Shown here piece after piece: positions 9,936-17,677 of a stretch of DNA of 64,000 bases. The DNA lies in the NCBI GenBank assembly GCA_965203515.1, contig OZ241907.1, forward strand, positions 3,328,001 to 3,392,000, given 5' to 3'. Source of the stretch: Spirochaetia bacterium (lineage in GTDB: Bacteria > Spirochaetota > Spirochaetia > SZUA-6 > Bin103). The position numbers and the translations under genes were made by a program. The stretch's first letter is position 1, and each line of letters starts with the position of its first letter. The notes beneath the pieces were generated by a model, which was given only the letters and a program-made list of their open reading frames with translations, made no database searches and had not been told where the DNA came from.

Positions 9936-11762
9936 CTACGAAGACGGCCAGGGCGCCGTGCCGGCGCGGATGTCCTCGACCAGCGGCGCCTCGTTGAGCT
10001 CTTCGAGCACGTCGCGCCCGCCCAGGCTCATCCACTCCTCGACGTAGCGCGGCCAGTCGGCGTCGATGTCGACGTCGGTGGTGATATAGCGCCACCACGT
10101 CTCCTGCTTGAGCGTCGTCAGTCCGTCGCCGAACTCCGCCCAGAGCGGCAGGTAGTCGGTCCGGGTGAAGATGTCCTCCCGATGGTCGGGCGTCGAAATC
10201 TCCTGGATATACGGGTTCTGCTTCATGAAGGCATCCCAGCTCATGCCCTCGGTAAGGTCGTTCCGATCCTTGTTCCAGGTACAGAAGCGGAACCCGTCGT
10301 GCCAATGGTAGGCGTTGTAATAGAAGAAGCCGTAGTGCTGGCCATAGCCCGACACACCCTCCTTGGGCGTGACCCAACTGTTGACGCAGTCGTACGGCGT
10401 CCCGTCCGCGCCCTCCTTGCCGTTCCAATCGTAGAACAGACCGGGCGGACCCCACTGGCCATGGATCAGGCCCTGCGGATCGTAGTTGAGGTAGTCGAAG
10501 ACCTGCAGAATGCGCGCCAGCTCCTCGTCGGTGACGTCGTACTTGATGCTGTAGCCCATGCCCGGGTTCATCGGCGTGGCGCGCCCGTCGAACGGACATC
10601 TCGTGATGCCGGTCGGACCGATCATCGGCAGCGCCGTCACCAGCTTGGCCTCCGGTACGTTCTTGGCGACGAGTCCGCAGTGCCCGCCCTGATCGCCGTA
10701 GCGGGCGCTGGTGCCGCAGTTCTGACCGCGCGACCACATGCCGGTCAACCCGTTCTGCCAGCGCTGCTCCCACTCGGCGCGGCTGACCGACGGCAGGTTC
10801 TGATCGAGGTATCCCAACTGGAACCAGCGCTGCAGCGTCTTGAGCGCCTCGCGGCTCTGCGAGTAGGTGTCCTCCCGCACCGTCAGGTCCTGCTCGGGAT
10901 CGTAGTAGTTTTCGACCGAGTTGACCCCGAACGCGTCGAAGACCGGCCCCATGCCCATGAAGAACACGATGTCCTGAGCCTCGGACCCCTCGCCCGCGCC
11001 CAGGGTGCCGAAGGGGATCTCGTCCGCCTGTCCGTTGCCGTTGAAGTCGGCCGCGCGGAAGCCGGCCATGATCGTCTCCACCTCGTCCCAGTCGAAGTGG
11101 CCGAACCACATGTAGAACCGGTCCGCCATGCCGGCCGGGTCGCCCTCGTCGGGCGCGCCCTCGTCGTACATCAGGCCGTTCAGCTCGCCCAGCTTGGGCG
11201 CCTTGCCGTCCAGGTTCACGGGGTCCATGCCGATCTGGCGCAGCCAGTCGAGCCGCCACGTCGCCAGCCGGTCGCAGCCCTGCTGATAGTGCTCGGCGCG
11301 CGGCAGGTTCATGTACTCGTCGGTGGTGCCGGGCGCCAGGCTCACCCCCCACGCCAGCGGCCCCTGGTTGTCCATGAACTCGCTGTACAGCGGTGCGTAG
11401 CGCTCGATCATGTCGCGCGGGATCGTGCGGAAGGCGCCCTTGTTGAACCACGCCACCATGTCGATGAAGCCCCACAGCACGTCGGGATGTTCGCCGGCGG
11501 CGATCATCGTGTTGAGCGCCTCCTGCCGACCGCCGTGCATGATCGTGTTGGTGATCTGCACGTTGAACAGCTCCTCGACGTGGGTCTTCACCCAGTTGTC
11601 GTCGGTGATCTCCGTGCCGGAGTAGCCGCCCCAGACGAGATCGAGCGTCTCATCGTTGCCGAACGAGAGCCGATCGACCTCATCCTGACCTTCCCCGAAC
11701 GCCGCGCCCGCGACGAGCAGCAGGCCACATCCGATCAACGCCGGCATTCGCTTCGTCTTCAT
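9936..11762 (-). CDS. Extracellular solute-binding protein of a carbohydrate ABC importer (LplA-like)
   Basis: GGAGGAGGAC RBS before ATG 11762; signal peptide; MIAAGEHPD, RLDWLRQIG, DFNGNGQADE, W..YVEEW..LGG motifs; follows two permeases. Confidence 0.85.
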   Translation of the reverse strand: MKTKRMPALIGCGLLLVAGAAFGEGQDEVDRLSFGNDETLDLVWGGYSGTEITDDNWVKTHVEELFNVQITNTIMHGGRQEALNTMIAAGEHPDVLWGFIDMVAWFNKGAFRTIPRDMIERYAPLYSEFMDNQGPLAWGVSLAPGTTDEYMNLPRAEHYQQGCDRLATWRLDWLRQIGMDPVNLDGKAPKLGELNGLMYDEGAPDEGDPAGMADRFYMWFGHFDWDEVETIMAGFRAADFNGNGQADEIPFGTLGAGEGSEAQDIVFFMGMGPVFDAFGVNSVENYYDPEQDLTVREDTYSQSREALKTLQRWFQLGYLDQNLPSVSRAEWEQRWQNGLTGMWSRGQNCGTSARYGDQGGHCGLVAKNVPEAKLVTALPMIGPTGITRCPFDGRATPMNPGMGYSIKYDVTDEELARILQVFDYLNYDPQGLIHGQWGPPGLFYDWNGKEGADGTPYDCVNSWVTPKEGVSGYGQHYGFFYYNAYHWHDGFRFCTWNKDRNDLTEGMSWDAFMKQNPYIQEISTPDHREDIFTRTDYLPLWAEFGDGLTTLKQETWWRYITTDVDIDADWPRYVEEWMSLGGRDVLEELNEAPLVEDIRAGTAPWPSS

Positions 11763-11855
11763 GTCCTCCTCCTTCTTCAATGGAGTATGTTGCGACAAGG
11801 ACCTGCGGCCCTCCCTCGGTTGCTGCGCCGATGGTAGCGCAGATGCCCGCGCGCT

Positions 11856-12767
11856 TCACCCCTTCAGGGAGCCGAGCATCACCCCCTTGACGAAGAACCG
11901 CTGCAGGAATGGGTATGCCAGGATGATCGGGCCGATGGTCAGGACGATGGTGGCCGCCTGCACCGCCTCGGCGGCGAACAGCTCCACGTCGATGCCCGCC
12001 TGGCGCATCATCTCCTGGTACTCGATGAACCAGTCGCTGCGGATGTCGTTCAGCATCCGGAAGACCAGCATCTGCAGCACGGTCAGGCGCGGATGCGGCG
12101 CGTAGATCAGTGCGTCGAACCAGGAGTTCCAGTGCTGGACGGCCGAGAAGAGGGCGACCACGGCGATCACCGGCTTGGCCAGCGGCGTGATGATGCGCCA
12201 CAGCACCGTCCAGTAGGTGGCGCCGTCGATCACCGCCGAGTCCTCCATCGCCTGATCGATGGTCATCAGGTAGTTGCGGGCCAGCACGATCCAGAAGACG
12301 TTGATCGCCGGCACCATGATCAGCACGGCGCGGGTATTGAACAGCCCCAGGCTGCGGACCAACAGGAAGAGCGGGATGATCGCGCCGGTGAAGAACAGGG
12401 TGAGCGTATAGACGAGGGTGATCGACTTGCGCCACGGCAGCGTCGGCTTGGAGAGGGCGTAGGCGGCCGTGAAGGTGACCAGCAGGGTCAACAGCACGCC
12501 GAACACCACCCGGAAGATCGTGTTGAAGTAGGCCGGCGCGACCGGATGCTCGTCGAACACGTAGTTCCAGGCCTCGGTGTCGATCTCCGTCGGCCATATG
12601 TGGAACCCGGTATTTTGGACCGAGTCGATCGAGGCGAACGACTGGATGATGATCGACCAGAACGGATAGATGAAGGTGAGCGACAGCAGCACGAAGCAGG
12701 CGTAGTTGGCGGCGTCGGAGGTGACGCCGGCCGTCGTCGTCCTGCCCCGCACCGCCATCGCGCTCAA
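11856..12767 (-). CDS. Carbohydrate ABC transporter permease (LplC/MalG-like)
   Basis: EAA loop EDSAVIDGA, AVQHWNSWF, YPFLQRFFVKGVMLGSLKG. Confidence 0.92.
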   Translation of the reverse strand: MSAMAVRGRTTTAGVTSDAANYACFVLLSLTFIYPFWSIIIQSFASIDSVQNTGFHIWPTEIDTEAWNYVFDEHPVAPAYFNTIFRVVFGVLLTLLVTFTAAYALSKPTLPWRKSITLVYTLTLFFTGAIIPLFLLVRSLGLFNTRAVLIMVPAINVFWIVLARNYLMTIDQAMEDSAVIDGATYWTVLWRIITPLAKPVIAVVALFSAVQHWNSWFDALIYAPHPRLTVLQMLVFRMLNDIRSDWFIEYQEMMRQAGIDVELFAAEAVQAATIVLTIGPIILAYPFLQRFFVKGVMLGSLKG

Positions 12768-12809
12768 GCTCCCCGCATCGAATCGCGCCGCCGTCTCACC
12801 GGGGGGCGC

Positions 12810-13781
12810 TCACCACAGGGCGTAGTCGCCGTAGTCGGCGGAACGGCGGATGATCGCGTTGACGATCAGCAGGATGATCAGTCCGGCGACGTTCTGGAAC
12901 ATGCCGATCGCGGTAGTGTAGTCGAAGTTGCCGGCCTGGATGCCGGCGCGGTAGATGAGCGTCTCGAACACGTCGGCGACCCGGTACAGGCCAGGGTTCT
13001 TCATCAGGTTGAAGATCTGCTCCCATGACTCCTGCATCAGCGCGGCCACCTGCAGCAGGAACAGGATGAAGATCATCGGCACCAGCGAAGGCAGGCTGAT
13101 GCTCAACGCCTGCCGGAGGCGGCCGGCCCCGTCGAGCTGGGCGCTCTCATAGAGCTGCGGGTCGATCCCGGACAGCGCCGCCAGATAGATGATCGAGCCC
13201 CAGCCCACGCTCTGCCAGATGCCGGTCACGACCAGGAGGCCCCGGAACGTCGGGACGTGATTGAGCAGGTGGACCGGTTCCACGCCGATCTGCTTGAAGA
13301 ACCAGAAGACCGGGCCATAGGTGTTGACTATCTGCGAGATGCTGCCGGCCAGGAGCACCCAGGAGATGAAGTGCGGGAAGTAGCTGAAGCTCTGCACCGC
13401 CCGCTTGAAGGGGGTAAACCGGACCTCGTTGAGCAGCAGCGCAAAGATGATCGGCATCGGAAACTGGAAGACGATGCGCAGGAAGCTGAGGTAGACGGTG
13501 TTGAACAGCACGCGGCCGAACAGCGGATCGCGCATCAGCCGCTTGAAGTGGGCAAAGTCGTTCCACTCGCTGCCGAGCAGCCCTCGCTGGACGTTGAAGT
13601 CGGTGAAGGAGATCGCCATCCCGTAGATCGGCACGTACTTGAACACGAACAGAAAGGCGAAGGAGATCAGCAGGAGCAGGTAGAAGGGCCGCATGCGCCG
13701 GGCGCGCGTGCGGTACTGGCGGCGCAGCAACTCGCGCTGCGCGCCGGTTACCCGCGCACCCGCTTCGACCGCCGCGGACAC
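12810..13781 (-). CDS. Carbohydrate ABC transporter permease (LplB/MalF-like)
   Basis: YFPHFISWV, GWGSIIYLAALSGIDPQLYESAQLDGA; GGAGGAGG RBS. Confidence 0.92.
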   Translation of the reverse strand: MSAAVEAGARVTGAQRELLRRQYRTRARRMRPFYLLLLISFAFLFVFKYVPIYGMAISFTDFNVQRGLLGSEWNDFAHFKRLMRDPLFGRVLFNTVYLSFLRIVFQFPMPIIFALLLNEVRFTPFKRAVQSFSYFPHFISWVLLAGSISQIVNTYGPVFWFFKQIGVEPVHLLNHVPTFRGLLVVTGIWQSVGWGSIIYLAALSGIDPQLYESAQLDGAGRLRQALSISLPSLVPMIFILFLLQVAALMQESWEQIFNLMKNPGLYRVADVFETLIYRAGIQAGNFDYTTAIGMFQNVAGLIILLIVNAIIRRSADYGDYALW

Positions 13782-13835
13782 GGGCCTAGGCCCTCCTCCC
13801 CCGCATCATCGGCAGGTTACCACGGCGGCGCGCCG

Positions 13836-14846
13836 TCAGGCCAAGGCCGCCATGGCGTCGGCCGCCCAGCGCGGGTTGTCGAGCATCGCCGTGCCGACCG
13901 CCACCAGATCGGCCTTGCCGTCGCGGACCACGCGGTCGGCGAACGCCGGCGTGCGGATGGCGCCCGGCACGATCACCGGCACGGAGACCGCGGCGCGCAG
14001 GCGGGCGGCGATGTCGACGTGGTAGCCCTCCGAGGCGCCGTCCCAGTCCTGCGCCTGCGGGCCGTGCACCCCGCCGGAGACGTGGATCACGTCGACGCCG
14101 GCCGCGACCAGCGCCCGCGCGGCGGCTACGGCTCCGTCCGCGTCCAGGCCGCCCGGCTTGTAGTCGAGCGCGCCCAGGCGGTACTGGACCCAGTAGTCAG
14201 GGCCCACCGCGGCGCGCACCGCGCGCACCACCGCGCACGGCAGCGCGGCGCGCCGCTCGGCGTCGCCGCCGTAGCGGTCGTCGCGGCGGTTGACCAGCGG
14301 CGACAGGAACTGGCTCAGCAGGTAGCCGTGCGCGCCGTGGACCTCGACCAGGTCGTAGCCGGCCTGCGCGGCGCGGCGCGCGGCGCGGGCGAAGCCGCGC
14401 GGGTACGCCTCGATCTCGGCGATCGTGGCGGCGCGGCATTCCTCCTGGCCGCGCGGCACCACGCCGGCGGAGGCGCTGATCGGTCGGTGGCCGCTGCAGG
14501 CGCTCGGCACCTTGCCGCCGCCGTGATTGAGCTGGACGCCGGCCGCCGCGCCGGTCGCCCGGATGCGCGCGCAGAGTCGGGCGTGGCCGGCGATCAGCGC
14601 GTCGTCATGGATGCCGAGCTGATCGTCGCTGGTGCGGCCGCCGGCCGCCACGTAGCAGTGCTCGACCATCACCAGACCGACGCCGGCGGCGGCGCGCGGC
14701 ACGTAGCGGTCGAGGTGCGCCGGCGTCACCGAGCCGTCCGGCGGCGACAGGTGGCTGGCCATCGGCGGCATCACGATGCGGTTGCGCAGCGTGCGCCCCT
14801 TGATCGTGATCGGCGCCAGCAGGCCGGCCGGAGCGGTGCGGACCAT
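13836..14846 (-). CDS. NADH:flavin oxidoreductase (Old Yellow Enzyme family)
   Basis: LRNRIVMPPM, QLNHGG, EVHGAHGYLLSQFLSP..NRRDDRYGG. Confidence 0.92.
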   Translation of the reverse strand: MVRTAPAGLLAPITIKGRTLRNRIVMPPMASHLSPPDGSVTPAHLDRYVPRAAAGVGLVMVEHCYVAAGGRTSDDQLGIHDDALIAGHARLCARIRATGAAAGVQLNHGGGKVPSACSGHRPISASAGVVPRGQEECRAATIAEIEAYPRGFARAARRAAQAGYDLVEVHGAHGYLLSQFLSPLVNRRDDRYGGDAERRAALPCAVVRAVRAAVGPDYWVQYRLGALDYKPGGLDADGAVAAARALVAAGVDVIHVSGGVHGPQAQDWDGASEGYHVDIAARLRAAVSVPVIVPGAIRTPAFADRVVRDGKADLVAVGTAMLDNPRWAADAMAALA

Positions 14847-14932
14847 GCCGCGTACTGTGCGCGCCGGCGCGCGACGCTGTACAGATCGGCGCGCAGGGTG
14901 CCGCTCGGCTCGGCGGCGCTTACCTTCCGTAC

Positions 14933-15484
14933 ATGCGGGTGAAGGTGAAGCGGGCCGCGCGCGCGACGCCTGCGCCGCCGCGGCGGCGGCTGCGACGACG
15001 GCTGCGGCGCCTCGCGCTGCTGGTGCTGGCGTTCAATCTGGTGATCCCGCCGTACGTGCGGCCGGTATCGGGACCGGTCACCTCACGCTACTTCCTGCGC
15101 ACGCGGCCGGAGAGCGGCAATCCCCTGGCGCTGGAAGTCCACAAGGGCATCGACTTCGGAGCGCCGCTCGGCAGTCCGGTGCGCGCGGCCAAGAGCGGCA
15201 TCGTCGATGCGGTGGGGCACAGCCCCACCCTGGGCACCTACGTCATCATCCGCCACTGGCTGGGGTTTTCGACCCTGTACGCCCATCTGGACACCGCCAA
15301 CACGCGCGCCGGCCGGCCGGTGGTGAAGTGGGCGCGCATCGGCACCGTCGGCCAGACCGGCCGCGCCACCGGACCGCACCTGCACTTCGAGGTGCGCTGG
15401 CGCGGCCGGCGGCTGCCGCCGGGTCCGTTCCTGGCCATCGACAGCGCGCGCCGCGCCCTCTGGCGACTGGTGCGCCCGGGCTGA
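14933..15484 (+). CDS. M23 family metallopeptidase with N-terminal membrane anchor
   Basis: HKGID, YAHL, ATGPHLHFEV motifs. Confidence 0.9.
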   Translation: MRVKVKRAARATPAPPRRRLRRRLRRLALLVLAFNLVIPPYVRPVSGPVTSRYFLRTRPESGNPLALEVHKGIDFGAPLGSPVRAAKSGIVDAVGHSPTLGTYVIIRHWLGFSTLYAHLDTANTRAGRPVVKWARIGTVGQTGRATGPHLHFEVRWRGRRLPPGPFLAIDSARRALWRLVRPG

Positions 15485-15515
15485 AACGTAAGGAAGGCGA
15501 GCGCCGCGGACGGGT

Positions 15516-16766
15516 TTACGCGTCCGCCGGCGTCCGGTTTCGAGACTCGCCCAGCTTCACCGCGTGCTCGGCGAGCAGCCGTCCGCCGAGGGTCGAAGGG
15601 GAAATCACCTCATCCACGCCCAGGCGGTGCACCTTTTCGACGTTCTCCTCATCCTCGATGCGTACCAGAATCGCGAACTGGGAGCGCGGCAGGGAGTCGC
15701 GCAGATCCTTGGCGTTGACCGCCACCAGCGTGTTCATGGAATCGCTGTCGAAGGTCGCGATCAGTGCGCGCGCGCTGCCGGCGCTGGCCTCGACCAGCGT
15801 CTCGCGCAGCGTCGGGTCGCCCTCCAGGACTTCGTGGCCTTTGTCGCGCAGTTGCTGCACCACCTTCTCGCGGTCGTCGACGATCACCACGATCACGCCG
15901 CGGTCGCGCATCTCGTCGATGACGCTGGCGGCAACGCCGCTGTAACCGCACACCACGACGTGGTTGCTCAACTGTTGGAACCGCTTCACCAGGTACATCA
16001 CCCCCTTGACGCGACCTTCGACGATCGGGCCCAGCGCCACCGTCAGGGCCGTTATGAACAGTGTCATGCCGATCAGATACATCGAGACCGCGAACCACCG
16101 CGTGTTGGTGGTGGCCGGATAGATCTGGGCGACGTCGAAATCGTAGCCCAGGGTAACGTAGGCCACCAGCGCGAAGTACGCGGCATCGGTCCAACCGTCG
16201 ACGCCGTGGAACTGCTCCCGCAACAGGTAGGTGCCGACGACGCCGTAGACCAGCGCCAGCGCGATGGCGATCCCGGCCACCACCTGCCCGTAGCTGAGCC
16301 GCCGCGCGGCGCGCACGGAGAACTGCCGGTGGAACGCCAGCAACCCGGCGATCACCAGCAGCGTCGGCAGGTTGGTGAGGATGCTCTCGCCGTGGACTAC
16401 GCGAAACAGCGTGGACGGCAGGGTCGCCGCCGCCAGCGCCAAGGCGGCGCCCCAGGCCCGGCGCCGGCGCTGCAGCAGGCCCTTGCCGAGCAGCATCAGG
16501 AGGACGCCGAGAAAGCTGAGCATGATGCCGATCATCTGAGCGCCGCTGTCCTCCGTACCCGCCGCGGATTCCGTTCGAGATGCAGCCGTTGCGCCGCCGG
16601 TGCGGGCTTCGACGGATTCCGGCGCCGCCAACAGCAAGAACCCCATGAACAGGAGCAACAGGCCGTAGCATCCCACCACCACCGCCAGCACGGTGGAGGC
16701 TCGCGGCCACCGCAGCCAGCGGCGGGAGGCGCGCACGGCACTCGATTCCGGGAAACCAGTCGACAC
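15516..16766 (-). CDS. Kch-like multi-TM ion channel with C-terminal RCK (TrkA-N) domain and atypical selectivity filter
   Basis: Several TM helices, pore helix WTDAAYFALVAYVTLGY, RCK motifs HVVVCGYSGVA, GDPT..ETL..A, LGVDEVISP. Start codon uncertain. Confidence 0.8.
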   Translation of the reverse strand: MSTGFPESSAVRASRRWLRWPRASTVLAVVVGCYGLLLLFMGFLLLAAPESVEARTGGATAASRTESAAGTEDSGAQMIGIMLSFLGVLLMLLGKGLLQRRRRAWGAALALAAATLPSTLFRVVHGESILTNLPTLLVIAGLLAFHRQFSVRAARRLSYGQVVAGIAIALALVYGVVGTYLLREQFHGVDGWTDAAYFALVAYVTLGYDFDVAQIYPATTNTRWFAVSMYLIGMTLFITALTVALGPIVEGRVKGVMYLVKRFQQLSNHVVVCGYSGVAASVIDEMRDRGVIVVIVDDREKVVQQLRDKGHEVLEGDPTLRETLVEASAGSARALIATFDSDSMNTLVAVNAKDLRDSLPRSQFAILVRIEDEENVEKVHRLGVDEVISPSTLGGRLLAEHAVKLGESRNRTPADA

Positions 16767-16790
16767 TAAGGGGCCTATGCGTTCACCGGG

Positions 16791-17267
16791 TCATCCGAGG
16801 TCGCGCAGAAAACGCTCGAATCGATCGAGGCTCTGCCCAAGACCGGGATGCAGCTGGCGCACCTTCTTGACCAGGAAGTCGAGCCGGTCCCAGTCACAGG
16901 CGAGCTCGAAGTAGTTGCGCCTGCAGTGGCGGAATCTGAGCAACTCGTGCAACGCCGGGACATCCCGCGAGGCCACGGCGCCGGGCCGCACCCCCTCGAT
17001 CTCGAGCGTCATCTTCTGCAGCAGATCGGAATGCCAACGCTCGGGATCCAGGCTGTTCTCGAAGTGCTGCGAGATGCGCAAGAAGATGGTCTCAGCGCAG
17101 GTGTAGTAGTTTTCCAGCAGCCCCGCAATGATGAGCGCCGACCGTTCGGTCTTGCCAAGCTGCGCGATCTCCTGGTCGAGAGCCTCGTCGATTGAGCTCC
17201 GAATCGTCTCCAATCGTTCCCGATTCTGTCGAATCAGCGCCGTCAGTTCACTCGTCGACGCGTTCAT
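16791..17267 (-). CDS. HEPN / HepT-like ribonuclease toxin (MNT-HEPN pair 1)
   Basis: LENYYTCAETIF.RI, WHSDLL.KM, LLRFRHCRRNYF; overlaps the upstream MNT gene. Confidence 0.8.
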   Translation of the reverse strand: MNASTSELTALIRQNRERLETIRSSIDEALDQEIAQLGKTERSALIIAGLLENYYTCAETIFLRISQHFENSLDPERWHSDLLQKMTLEIEGVRPGAVASRDVPALHELLRFRHCRRNYFELACDWDRLDFLVKKVRQLHPGLGQSLDRFERFLRDLG

Positions 17268-17637
17268 GGACTACCTTCCCGCGCTGTCTGACGTACTCCG
17301 CTACGTCGGCCGGCAGCTTCTCCATCTCTACGACGTCGACGGGGGCAGTCGCGCCATCGAGGGCGATGCCGACCGTGCGGAAGTATTCTTCCGGCCCGTG
17401 CAATCCCTCAACGGCGATATCGATGTCGGAAATCTCGCTGAACCGACCGCGGTCGAGCAGCGAACCCCACTGGTAGATGCGGCGCGGGTTGACCTCACGC
17501 GCGATCTGCGCGATGACGGCGTCGGCCTCGCGGGTGGTCCGATCGAACAACGCGTCGATCCGTGCGCGCCGCCGGTCGGCCTTGGCCTGCAGGAAGGCCC
17601 GCACCTTGTCCAGGTCGATGGGGTTGTCGGCATTCAT
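17248..17637 (-). CDS. Minimal nucleotidyltransferase (MNT) antitoxin (pair 1)
   Basis: IYQWGSLLDRGRFSEISDIDIAVEG (GS-x10-DxD) and VDVV. Start is 17637 or 17649; TATACT -10 at 17653-17658. Confidence 0.85.
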   Translation of the reverse strand: MNADNPIDLDKVRAFLQAKADRRRARIDALFDRTTREADAVIAQIAREVNPRRIYQWGSLLDRGRFSEISDIDIAVEGLHGPEEYFRTVGIALDGATAPVDVVEMEKLPADVAEYVRQRGKVVHERVDE

Positions 17638-17677
17638 GACAACGGCCATTGCAGTATAGCCGCAGCGCCGGCGGCGG

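Noticed and set aside
8002..11475. 1157-aa ORF as a fusion protein
   Set aside because: Only 8002-9795 is PepF. The upstream part is an Arg-rich off-frame read of the SBP gene and crosses a terminator.
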